DNA of 64,000 nt from contig NC_043007.1 of the NCBI RefSeq assembly GCF_006345805.1, positions 28,520,001-28,584,000 on the forward strand, read 5' to 3'. Source of the stretch: Octopus sinensis. Taxonomy: Eukaryota. The translations under genes were made by a program, and so were the position numbers. Below the pieces are notes generated by a model. That model saw only the letters and a list, made by a program, of their open reading frames with translations, had not been told where the DNA came from and made no database searches. This document shows, piece by piece, positions 1 through 10,150 of the stretch (position 1 is the first letter of the stretch; each line of letters begins with the position of its first letter).

Positions 1-258
1 GGCTTTAGGTAAAAGAAAATACAGGAGGACCAGTTAATTATGATTTTATTGAACATATTCTCCTCTCAGATTCGCACACTTATTGCAGAGGTCCTTCAGA
101 TTTTCTAAGCCCTGTAAAAGAACTTGGAAGGCTGGGCCTTAAACCAGGCCTTTTGCAATACACTTAAAGCCAAAAACTTTTTCAGCAACACCTCATATAT
201 ATATATATATTATATATATATATATGATGCATTCCTGTAGAATAGAGTTGGAAATTAT

Positions 259-609
259 CTAGTGAGCCAAAATCCGCGATTTTTTTGGATATGTGTGTGT
301 TATAAATATTGTAGATTGCAATTTTGCCCAAAGACTATTGGGATGGGAAGATCCTCTCACCTTCTTCCCCTGCCTCCACTTCAGTGTGAACTTTCGAAAA
401 TTTTTTAGATGTATGTTTAAGAAATAGTTACGCATATTTTTGAAGAACCTTATATTTGTAACAAAAAATCTGAGAATTCCGAAAGTCAAACTGAAAAATA
501 ACGGAAAGAGGTAAGGATAGGGTGGAGGTTGCAAAAATCCTCATTATTTTGAGGAATAATATACGAGTTCAAAACACGTCAGAAGAAATCACGGTTTTTG
601 GCGCATCAG
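259..609. mobile_element. Putative non-autonomous TIR DNA transposon (MITE, piggyBac-like ends) in CHP intron 1
   Basis: Imperfect terminal inverted repeats TGAGCCAAAATCCGCGATTT (264-283) vs AAATCACGGTTTTTGGCGCA (586-605), 17/20 match; flanked by TTAT (255-258) and TTAA (610-613). Superfamily is inferred from the TTAA flank only. Confidence 0.45.
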
Positions 610-1173
610 TTAACTGCTAGGGACATCTATTTATCAGATAGATAGAGGTAAATTTTTACAAGTGCAAGATAGATAAATGTCACTGATCGCAAGATTGCTT
701 CTATATGCTAACATTAAGCTACAAACAACCAGGTTAAAACGTACCTCATATGATTTCGAACAAGGTTTTCTAAAACTACAATCAACCTTGTAAACGAGAG
801 GAAATGTGAAGTTAGGACCAGAATGCCTTACCCAACAACCAGTTGAAATGGAAGGGAACTAGTTAATAGACCCGTTAAAACAAACTGAAGTCAGAAGATA
901 GTTTGATATCCATCTTGACCAAAGATCATAATGATGAAACTATTTCCGAGTAAGAATCGAAACCGGATTCTGGATATGGTTCGTTAAAAATATTTGCGTC
1001 ACAACCTATTCATTTGTTTACAAAAGAACAAGGATTAACGAAAGGTAAAAACATAGTCATTGGAAAATGTGACAAATTAAATTTCTTTAATAGGGGGGAC
1101 AAAACATAAAGCGACACGAGATAATGTGGAAGGATTCGGAGTGACAAAATCGAATAAAATAAGATGAACTTAC

Positions 1174-1240
1174 AACCAGTTTCTGATGAAATTTCTTCAA
1201 TTTCTTCATGTTGAAGTAACCTCGACGTACGTGCTCCCAT
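1174..1240 (-). CDS. CHP1: Calcineurin B homologous protein (CHP1-like), coding exon 1; gene continues left of the window
   Basis: ATG at 1240 (minus) gives MGARTSRLLQHEEIEEISSETG+T, closely resembling the human CHP1 N-terminus MGSRASTLLRDEELEEIKKETGF. Perfect GTAAGT donor at 1173-1168; 67 nt, phase 1; G2/S6 myristoylation pattern. Confidence 0.88.
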
Positions 1241-1489
1241 GTTGTGGAAATTTAGTTTAATTGAGATGTGTTGTGGGGTGGCTTCACAGTAATTATTGGA
1301 GATAGTCAATTAATTAAAACTGTTAGTTTTAATTAATCAAGTCAACCAAAAAAGGTGTTAGAAATAATGACAGTATTAAGTGTTCAGTTTTAAAACCTAC
1401 AAAACGGCAGAGAGAGACTTGATAACTGAGTGTGGCCAACTGGAATCTAGAAATGATAGCAAGGAAATCCTGCAACGATTATAAACACT

Positions 1490-2050
1490 CAATCTTCCTT
1501 TCTTTCCTCTGACCCTCTCCTTTTCTTTTCTTTCTTCCTCTGACCCTCTCTCCTTTTCTTTTCTTTCTTTCCTCTCACCCTCTCTCCTTTTCTTTTCTTT
1601 CTTTCCTCTCTCCTTTTCTCTCTTTATTCCTCTTTCTCCGCCTCTCCCTCTTCCTCTTGTACTATTTAATTATTTGACCCTTCTTCTCACTCCATCTCTT
1701 TCTCTCGCACTCTCTCCCCCCTCTTCTATATATATCTATCTATCACCTCTTCAACTCTCACCCATTATGCTTTGTCTATTTCCCCCCACTTTCTCTCTTA
1801 CGTTACTTTCCTTTCTCCCCACTTACATAAAATATTTCTAACCCATCCCCCCTCTCTCTCTCATTCCCTACCACCTCTTTTTCTCTTTCATACTTATCAC
1901 TATTACTCTCTTCCTTTCTATTCCCCTCCCTTATATCTTCTCCCCGTCCTCCTCTTGTAGTCTACTCCGCCCCTTTCATCTCACTTTCTTCTTTTCTTTT
2001 CTCTCTTCCCTCCTCCCGCAGCCTCCTTATCTACTCCCCTTCTCCCCACA
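1490..2050. repeat. Polypyrimidine (CT-rich) tract with about three tandem copies of a ~30-bp unit (TCTTTCCTCTGACCCTCTCCTTTTCTTTTC-like) at 1500-1620
   Basis: Read directly from the sequence; plus strand almost devoid of G. Confidence 0.85.
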
Positions 2051-3189
2051 CCATTTACTGGAGCTATTGTTCAATTTTGCATAGTTTCGTATTCATCTTA
2101 ATACATTCGAAATATTTCAATATTTTAGAATAAACTTTTTTAATGATATTAATTTAAAAACGATTTTTATTTGTCTTAAATTAAAATGAAGTAAAAATAT
2201 TATACAACATTACATGAAACCTATACGAGTGTTGGTGACTTCTGAAGGATTTGATCTTAGATCCTGCCAGCAACTCTCTCTCATGGATCTATTTAGATAA
2301 ACACTGCTTTTATTATCGGGTTTGTATTAAATTATTTATCTATTATTTCTTAATATGTGTAGTAGCTGTGACGGACTGGTGTCTGTGTACGAAGAGATTA
2401 TCTCTCACCCTTTTCACTAATGATACTTAATTGATTGACGGCTTTTAGCCGCACTCGCACCGTCATTGGGTCCGCAACTTTATTTATAATAATAATAAAT
2501 GAAATTATTGCATACAGTGCTCAGGTGCACCACAACTTGTCAAAAGTCCTCTTATTCTTGATCGCGGATTTATATATATACACACACACACACACCTAAA
2601 CGTTGCATACATCGGCATGTCGACCCCAAACTATTTATCCTCGCCAAGCCACAGCCCAATGTCTCTTAAGTCAAATGTTTTCTCTGTCCCGACGAAGAAT
2701 AAAATAGATATTATGCTGGTTTAATCTGAAAAAAACCTCAGTGAAATAAATAAACTGCCCAAATTAAAGAAGCCCTAATCTCTATTTACTCACATTTCGG
2801 CAATTCGCCTACTTCTCAAACTCGTTTCTCCAAATTCATAAATATCACAATAACCCGATTGTCCTCTGCTATAAACAAGCACTGTATCCATAAAAACTAG
2901 AAGCCTATTAAAATTGTGTTGGTTTGTTTATTTAAAGGTTAAAGAGGACATCATTGCTGTTAATGGTAACCTTGCTGTCTTCATGTACATATGTTATTGC
3001 TGTTAGCTTTCACTAAAACTAATAATCTCCGCTTGCCCCAAGGGGGGTGTTTGGTGGATCTTTTCAACTTAGTACATATAAGATGGAAGGCAAAAGGAGA
3101 AGGAGTTGGATGTATTTTACTCTTTTTATTTTTTTTTGCTGCATTAGTAAACTGAAATATGTGTAATGCTGTCGATATATATACCGTTT

Positions 3190-3360
3190 ACTTGTTTCAG
3201 TCATAAGACTGGGGCCCCTCCAAATCGATCCCAGTGCTTATTTTTAAAGTCTGGTACCTGTTCTAACGCTCACTTGCCGAACCGCTAATGTATGGAGACG
3301 TACCAACCAGCACGGGTTTTCAAGCGGGGGTGAGGAACAAACACCAACACAAAGATGCAC
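3190..3360 (-). mobile_element. SINE 3' half (same family as 20805-21200)
   Basis: Matches 20805-21000 (cttgtttcagt...cgctaa...acaaacac). Confidence 0.6.
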
Positions 3361-4139
3361 ATAGACATGTACACGTATGCTCACACACACACACACACAC
3401 ACACACACATTCTGTATACTTACATTTTTGTTTACAAATTAAGAAAACTAAAATAAAATAAATACATTTGACACAATGCCAATTCTAAACACCTGTTTAC
3501 CTCTCTCTCACTTTTCTTTAGTGTAGTCTGCCACTCGTTGTCCATCAACTCATATGTACAAACTTTCAATAAATCACCCTTTTACTTATTTGACCAGAAA
3601 ACCATTGGATTGCCTGAATGCTTTTTAAAATTGAGTCTGCACCGAATGAAAATGCATCTCAATGCAATTTAAGACCAGTCACTTGTCACTAATAATAAAG
3701 TACTTAGCTGGCTTCTTTACAGAATGTTGTTTATTTTCACATCCTTGAGTTGAATTATTGTTTAATTTGTGAGGGGATAGGTTAATAATCATTAATAATA
3801 TATTAGAGTTCAATTTCATATCCTCAAACCTCACCCCTATGCCCCTTTAACCATTGAGCCACTTCACCCTGCAATATCAACACTTGTCAGCAAATTTACT
3901 CAACCTCTTAGAACTGTGACCATAAGAATAGAGAATATTAAAAAATAGGGGGTTGTCAATGTAGATAGAACATAAAGGGACAAACGTCCGCTTAGAGATA
4001 GTAGGCAATTGTGTGTTGTGGATGTAGGCAGAACAGGTGTGTGTGTGTTATAAAATGTACAAAGGACACCTGGGTCCTGTGAAGTTGAAGTTATTTCATT
4101 TGTAATAATTTTATTTTCATTTTTCTCCAGCCCACAGGA

Positions 4140-4670
4140 ATGGCTTTGATTACTAAAATAAGACTGTGCAACATTGTGACATTTTTACAGCAATGTTACA
4201 CCCCAGGAAATCCTATATTTACCCGACATTTGTTGTTACCACTTAATCTAGCCATGATAAAAGTGCCGTGTGCAACAAGGGTCACATTCTATCAGATGGA
4301 CAGAAAGTCTGGTTATGACAAAAATGTAGGAAAACATTCAAAACTGAAAATGGCCTGGGAAGGATTGAAACACCTGAAGCCCGAAACTAAATTATTTTTG
4401 AATGAATGGAAAGTGAAACTTGAAAATGATCCTTATTTAATCAGAGAGCATTTAGATCATTCGTATTTATGGAGATTTAATTCCAAGAATGATACTGACC
4501 AGTGGGTCGTGACCTGTGACAGTGACCACAGGCAAGGCAGCAGTACAGCAACATTTGAAATCAACAAGAATGGGAATGGCTTCTTTCATGGTAATCTTTC
4601 TACCAAGATTCCTAAAGATGGAATAGTGAAGGATGCTGGTTATGTGAATATTCGATCCCCAAGGAATATG
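4140..4670 (+). CDS. NDUFAF1: Complex I intermediate-associated protein 30 (NDUFAF1/CIA30), coding exon 1
   Basis: ATG 4140 just after acceptors TTTTCTCCAG (4130) and CCCACAG (4137). Encodes LWRFNSKNDTDQWVVTCDSDHRQGSSTATFEINKNGNGFFHGNLSTKIPKDGIVKDAGYVNIRS, typical of the CIA30 domain. First 53 aa lack D/E (mitochondrial presequence-like). Donor ATG|GTATGT at 4671; 531 nt, phase 0. Confidence 0.93.
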
Positions 4671-4789
4671 GTATGTTACATTTTAGTTCAACTTGTTTGA
4701 TTGGGAGAAAAATTCTGGACTCTAAATCTTTTTCTCACACCTTCATTCCTTTATTACAGCTTGTTGAGCTCAGATTAATATCTATTGGC

Positions 4790-4790
<1 letters not shown>

Positions 4791-4865
<75 letters not shown>
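4791..4865. repeat. (CT)n microsatellite
   Basis: Read directly from the sequence. Confidence 0.95.
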
Positions 4866-4869
<4 letters not shown>

Positions 4870-4974
4870 GTGTTCCCTCTACTTCTACCCATCTTATCTG
4901 GCATGGAGCCACCTTCCTCAATACTGCCCCCTACCTCTGGAGAGGTGGTCTTGTCTTACTCTTTTCCTTGTTTC

Positions 4975-5237
4975 AGTCAAGCTCCCATGCCAGTGGCATG
5001 TAAAAAGTACTGTCTGAACATGATTGATGCTAGGCCTGCCTGATTGGCTCCTGTACTAGTGGCAAGTAAAAAGCACCCACTACGCTCTTGGAGTGGTTGG
5101 CATTAGGAAGGGCATCCAGCTGTAGAAACATTACCAGATCAGATTGGACCCTGGTGCAGCTGCTGATTCTCCAGACCTCACTCAAACTATCCAACCCATG
5201 CCAGCATGGAAAATGGACATTAAACAATGATGATGAT
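4975..5237 (+). mobile_element. RTE/RTE-X-type LINE 3' UTR copy ending in (ATG)n
   Basis: Family signature GGAAGGGCATCCAGCTGTAGAAAC...CCAACCCATGCCAGCATGGAAA...TAAACAATGATGATG; same tail follows an RTE-X ORF end at 31812-32330. Confidence 0.75.
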
Positions 5238-5794
5238 TCCTATTAGTATTATTATCATGACATTTTAAGGCAATTTTAGTCATGAGTAGTTTGCAAAACA
5301 TTTGTATTTTTAAAAATTTTTACTTAATGCATTTAGATTATTATGCTGGGCTGACATTATATTACGCTTATTTAAACCTGCCATTGTGGTCCCTAAATTA
5401 GGAAGTGTAGAGTAAGAAACCCTAATTTTTCTTTTACAGAATATTTGATGGTATCTGCTAGAAGTGGGGAAGTTTTTATCTAAGATGCAGAACAACCTAT
5501 TAGTGATACTAGTAACTATTGCAGAGTTCCAAGGAGGATTATACCAGATCACATCATCATGACGTAACCTCTTTCGATGCCTTGAATTATGGTATTTATT
5601 TCCATGGTTTTTATTCCTGGTAGACAGAGTATACCAATGATTAATGGTGTTAAGATAACCTTGAGTTCCTGGTTGATCTTTACTTCTGTTAGTAATCGTA
5701 GTATTTCTAGCAGAATTCACACAATTATGTGAACCCTTTGAGTCACTATTAACTCTATTACCACAATTAACATCATTATTATTATTATTATTAG

Positions 5795-6085
5795 TGGAGG
5801 TGCAATGGCCCAGCGGTTAGGGCAGTGGACTCGCGGTTTCAATTCCCAGACCGGGCCTTGTGTGTGTTTATTGAGCGGAAACATCTAAAGCTCCACGAGG
5901 CTCCGGCAGGGGGTGGTGGCGACCCCTGTTGTACTCTTTTGCCCCAGCTTTCTCTCACTCTTTCTTCCTGTTTTTGGAGTAATGCTGTGATGGGCTGGCG
6001 TCCCATCCAGCTGGGGGAACACATACGCCATAGAAACCCAGAAAATGGGCCCATGAGCCTGTCTAGGCTTGAAAAGAGCACATAA
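5795..6085 (+). mobile_element. tRNA-derived SINE
   Basis: A-box-like TGGCCCAGCGG and B-box-like GGTTTCAATTCC; 5' part homologous to 38130-38300 but different 3' part. Confidence 0.75.
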
Positions 6086-6348
6086 AAAAAAATTATTATT
6101 ATTATTATTACCATAATTCTGCTTCATATCATTTCATAAGATCATTAATGGGGTTAATATCATCATTATTATTATTAGAACTCTTCCTATAATGGTTTTT
6201 ATTTCTTTTCATAAATTCCATCAGATTCTAGTAGAAAACTTATTATTAAGAACCAAAGAATCACTAGGCTTAATGTTAGTAGTTTTATCAACAGGAAAAA
6301 GCAATACTTTGTAACATGCTTTAGACAGAGCCAAGTTGTAATAGTGAG

Positions 6349-6380
<32 letters not shown>

Positions 6381-6384
6381 CATC

Positions 6385-6630
6385 ATCATCATCATCATCG
6401 TTTAGCGTCCGTTTTCCATGCTAGCATGGGTTGGACGGTTCTACTGGGGTCTGTGAAGCCAGAAGGCTTCATCAGGCCCAGTCAAATCTGGCAGTGTTTC
6501 TACGGCTGGATGCCCTTCCTAACGCCAACCACTCCGTGAGTGTAGTGGGTGCTTTTTACGTGCCACCCGCACTGGTGCCAGACAGAGCTGGCAAACGGCC
6601 ACGAACGGATGGTGCTTTTTATGTGCTTTT
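6385..6630 (-). mobile_element. RTE/RTE-X 3' UTR copy (antisense)
   Basis: Reverse complement of the family signature (CATCATCGTTTAGCGTCCG...CTGGATGCCCTTCCTAACGCC). Confidence 0.8.
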
Positions 6631-6635
6631 TATGC

Positions 6636-6674
<39 letters not shown>

Positions 6675-6954
6675 TGTGTGTGTATGTGTGTCTGTAAGCA
6701 TGTATGCATATATATATATATAAAAGGTATTGGTATTTAGAAGATCCAAAGAGTGGCAAGTGACACTAAGTAAGTGCTATGGACAGACCGTAGTTAAACT
6801 CTTGGTTCAAGAGTGATACGAGTGAGGAGTTTAATATGGGTCTTGTATTAGCATGCTTATATATATATATATATATATATTAGACAAAAATAGATAACAA
6901 AGTCAAGGCTGTGAGGAGTTTTCAGGACATTTATAAGGAAAGAGATAGAGATAT

Positions 6955-7005
6955 AGTCTAACAACTGTTTCTGGGATATTATGGATATCCCTTCATCAGA
7001 GATGA
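6955..7005 (-). ncRNA. Minimal hammerhead-ribozyme-like motif (left arm)
   Basis: Minus strand reads TCATCT-CTGATGA-A-GGGATA-TCCATAA-TATCCC-A-GAAAC-AGTT-GTT-AGAC; A.A opposition at the base of stem II. Confidence 0.5.
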
Positions 7006-7134
7006 TTTGAGATGGTTAAATAGAGGTAAATGTTCGAGTTAGAAATACGGAATTATTGTGGGAATGGAGGAGACAGGGAATATGGAGGGAAATAAGAGAA
7101 TGAAACATTTACCTCTATTTAACCATCTCACATT

Positions 7135-7183
7135 GTCCCTGATGAAGGAATGTCCATAATATCCCAGAAACAGCTGTAAAACT
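7135..7183 (+). ncRNA. Minimal hammerhead-ribozyme-like motif (right arm)
   Basis: GTCC-CTGATGA(7139-7145)-AGGA...TCCCA-GAAAC-AGCT-GTA(7176-7178)-AAAC; palindromic stem III; stem I decayed. Confidence 0.45.
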
Positions 7184-7734
7184 TTATAGCTTTCTTTATA
7201 AATGTCCTGAAAACTCCTCACAGCCTTGGCTTTGTTATCTGTTTTTGTCTAATATATATGTGTGTGTATCTACTTTATTTGTGAGCTAACAAGGCAACCA
7301 ATGGTTTCAGACGATGAGATTTTCAGTTATTCATGCATGTTACATGAAAGTATTGGTACTTGTCTCTATTTTGGATGGGAATCCCAAGATGGAAACAAGT
7401 ACCTACACTTCCATGTGGCACAGTTGAACAATTATGAAGATTTCTTCACCTGAAACCATTGGTTGCTTTATTAACCCACAAAGAAGGAATATTAATCCAC
7501 TAATGCAGTATTGGGCACTCATTCTTACTGTTCAGTATTAGTGCATATGTATGTATATGTATTTACACACACACACACACACTGTGTATAGTAACTGCAG
7601 AGGTGTTGACTTAAGCCCAATCAATCAGTTTGGAATTTTGTCTATCATTATTGAAACACACACACTCACCACTACCACCAGCCTAATATTAACTTTGGGC
7701 CTACTTTCAAATGTTTTTGTCTTTCTCACTGCAG

Positions 7735-7920
7735 AAGTCATTCAAGCGGTTTATTCCTTATGATTGGACCTGGTACACACACTTTGTGATACGGGTTCGT
7801 GGTGATGGACGGACATATATGCTCAACCTTCAGATGGATATGACCTATGATGTCCATTGGGATGATGTCTATAACTTTGCTTTATATACAAGAGGTGGTC
7901 CCTACTGGCAGGTAGCTAAG
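7735..7920 (+). CDS. NDUFAF1: NDUFAF1 coding exon 2
   Basis: Acceptor CTTTCTCACTGCAG (7734), donor AAG|GTAAGG (7921); 186 nt, phase 0/0; [62 protein letters not shown] contains CIA30 motifs RVRGDGR and TRGGPYWQ. Confidence 0.95.
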
Positions 7921-8858
7921 GTAAGGGGAGATTATTTCATCTGTTGTCAACATTATTTCACTTTTCCTTTACTTCACATCTTAAAAGAGTTTCATTTTCA
8001 TCAGACCAACTGACCAATGGTTAGAGTTTGTTCACTGACCGTTTGTGGTGGTTAGAGTTTGTTGAGCGACCGTTACTGGCGGTTAGATTTGTTGACCAAG
8101 GAGTGTAAAAATGGTTTTCTTGTGGTCACCTCATAGTATCTTTGCAGAATATGAACCACTGACTCTTTCAGTGGCATATCAGCATGACATGGCCAGCTGT
8201 AACTTGCCTTTCAATTTTGACCAGAATAAACTATTACCTGTTTTAAGTTTATTGTAACAAGTAAATGTGCATGCTATGTATAAATGTTTGTAGAGCAGAA
8301 TATATATATTTTCCACATTGTGTCTGTGCATACATTTGATTCTGGGTCACCATCTATCTCTAATGTTGTCTCATTTGATGTGACACAGAGTGTTTGTCTC
8401 TTTCTGAGTGGAAGAGATATATCATGTCATCCAGTTTGCCATCATCCCCTGGCCTGTCGATGCCGTTTTTGGAATTTCCCCTCTTCCATACATTCAGACA
8501 AAGCTCCCAGTTAAGGGTTATTATGATAACACAGTCCACTAACATTGTCTCCACTTTCCTAGATGACAGAAATGAGATGCTAAGTCTCAAGTAAACTCAC
8601 TAATTATTTCTACAAAGATAATTGTTGAAAGAATTTAATCTTTTGTTATGTGAGATGAACAGCAATAAAATATATATTGCACTGCAGTTCCGTTTGTTTG
8701 TAGGCACCACTAGCTTGAAAACCATACATGCATATATATATGTATATACACACACGTTTTTATACCTGTCATTTTAGTAGCTCTATTTGCTACACATTCA
8801 TAGAGATCATAAGTGCACACACTCTGATATTTAAACTTTGTTTTTTGTTTTTTTCTAG

Positions 8859-9083
8859 ATACCAATTTCTCGGTTTTACAGAGCATACAAGGGTCGAATC
8901 CAGGATAGACAAGATCCTTTACCATTAGACCGTATTGCTGCCTTCGGAATAACTCTTGGAGATGGAAACTCAGGACCATTTGGTTTAGAGATTGACTATA
9001 TTGCTGCCATGTATGATATGAATCATACGGAAGAATTTGCCTGGGAAATGTACCAAACAGAACCTTATACTACCAATGTCTAG
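8859..9083 (+). CDS. NDUFAF1: NDUFAF1 coding exon 3 (terminal)
   Basis: Acceptor TTTTTTTCTAG (8858); IPISRFYRAYKGRIQDRQDPLPLDRIAAFGITLGDGNSGPFGLEIDYIAAMYDMNHTEEFAWEMYQTEPYTTNV then TAG at 9081-9083. Not listed in the ORF track because it has no upstream ATG. Confidence 0.95.
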   Translation: MPISRFYRAYKGRIQDRQDPLPLDRIAAFGITLGDGNSGPFGLEIDYIAAMYDMNHTEEFAWEMYQTEPYTTNV

Positions 9084-9388
9084 ATTATATTGAAATCATT
9101 AAAGTCTTTGTTTTTGTTATTAAAATATCAAATTTCTCAAGAATTTTGTTTACTCTAAAGATCAGAGAGTTTGATTAATGCACCAGTAACAAGGCTAAGT
9201 GAGACCCTTAAATGATGCTCTCTACCACCAACAACGTTAAGGCTGTCTAGCAACAAGAACCAGTTCAACATGTTAATCTCTCTATAATCATTCAATCTGC
9301 TAAAAACAGAAACCCTGCCAATTCTTTCAAACCATCATATAAAAGAGTACATTAAATTATGTAGTAGTGTGGAGAGTACTTTATCTGA

Positions 9389-9394
9389 AATAAA
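9389..9394 (+). terminator. Candidate NDUFAF1 polyadenylation signal AATAAA (ATTAAA variants also at ~9098 and ~9118)
   Basis: Hexamer match only, downstream of the stop codon. Confidence 0.3.
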
Positions 9395-9488
9395 GACAAG
9401 AGGGTTACAGCTGTGCCTCTGCCTACTTGGTAAAAAATTGGACAAATTTTCTTTATTTTTAGGTGTAATCCACTTCTTAAAAGCTAGA

Positions 9489-9523
<35 letters not shown>

Positions 9524-9964
9524 TTACTTTTAATCTGCATGTCTATTACAATCATTTACTGAGATACACCCAGTGTCCTTGGGTGAGTGAAGGATAAGCG
9601 ATATTACAGTATGACTGAAAGCTTGGGGAGGGGAGGTAGTAAAATATCATCATGTAATACAACACAGACATTCAAGTGGATAGGGTTTTTCTAAGGATGT
9701 GGGCAATACTTGCTAACACAATCTTTTGGATTTCTCTGAGATATGGCTCTCTTGGGATCTTATCTAGATGTTTCTGACATCCCTTTTTTTATCATACCTA
9801 CGATACCCACAATAACAGAAAGCACTCTCCATCTAAAATGAAATAAATATGGTGATGATTTTAGCATTCATAGCAAAACAAAAGTACCCTTGCTACTCTT
9901 GGCCTCCAGAGGATGCCTGGTACTAAGGCAGCTGAAATAAAGTTATGAAAGGAAACCATAAATG

Positions 9965-10150
9965 ATAATGATAATCCTTTCTACTAAAGGTGCAAGGCCT
10001 GAAATTTGGGGGAGGGGGATAATCGATTACATAGATCCCCAGTGTTTTACTGGTACTTAATTTATTGATCCCGAAAGGATGAAAGGCAGTCAACCTCAGC
10101 AGAATTTGAACTCCGACCAAGTTATTTCCCTTCGACCTCTTACTTTTCAC
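9965..10150 (-). mobile_element. tRNA-derived SINE fragment (family of 40672-40890)
   Basis: CCCGAAAGGATGAAAGGCA...GAATTTGAACTC signature shared with 28520-28740 and 44400-44610. Confidence 0.7.

Larger units (their letters stand above)
6723..7252 (+). mobile_element. Composite foldback element (head module, (TA)n, long inverted repeat), copy 1; probably Penelope-like-derived
   Basis: Arms 6880-7034 and 7104-7252 are reverse complements; head 6723-6856 recurs at 35290-35418 and, inverted, at 62165-62283. Penelope origin is inferred from the hammerhead motif. Confidence 0.75.

Noticed and set aside
620-690. Short imperfect inverted repeat GACATCTATTTATC / GATAGATAAATGTC
   Set aside because: Built from GATA-type low-complexity sequence; too short and AT-rich to support a function.
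1010-1309. 99-aa minus-strand ORF as a complete protein
   Set aside because: Only 1174-1240 is coding (CHP exon 1); the rest is 5' UTR and intron read-through.
5310-5720. 136-aa minus-strand ORF (DVIWYNPPWN...) in NDUFAF1 intron 1
   Set aside because: The WYNPP-like stretch resembles the C-terminal part of Penelope-type ORFs, so a TE remnant is more likely than a nested gene; no splice support. Not confident enough to list as a feature.
8010-8100. Three copies of a ~30-bp unit (GGTTAGAGTTTGTT..GACCGTT), CRISPR-like at first sight
   Set aside because: Eukaryotic intron, no unique spacers of constant length, no cas genes; a small minisatellite.
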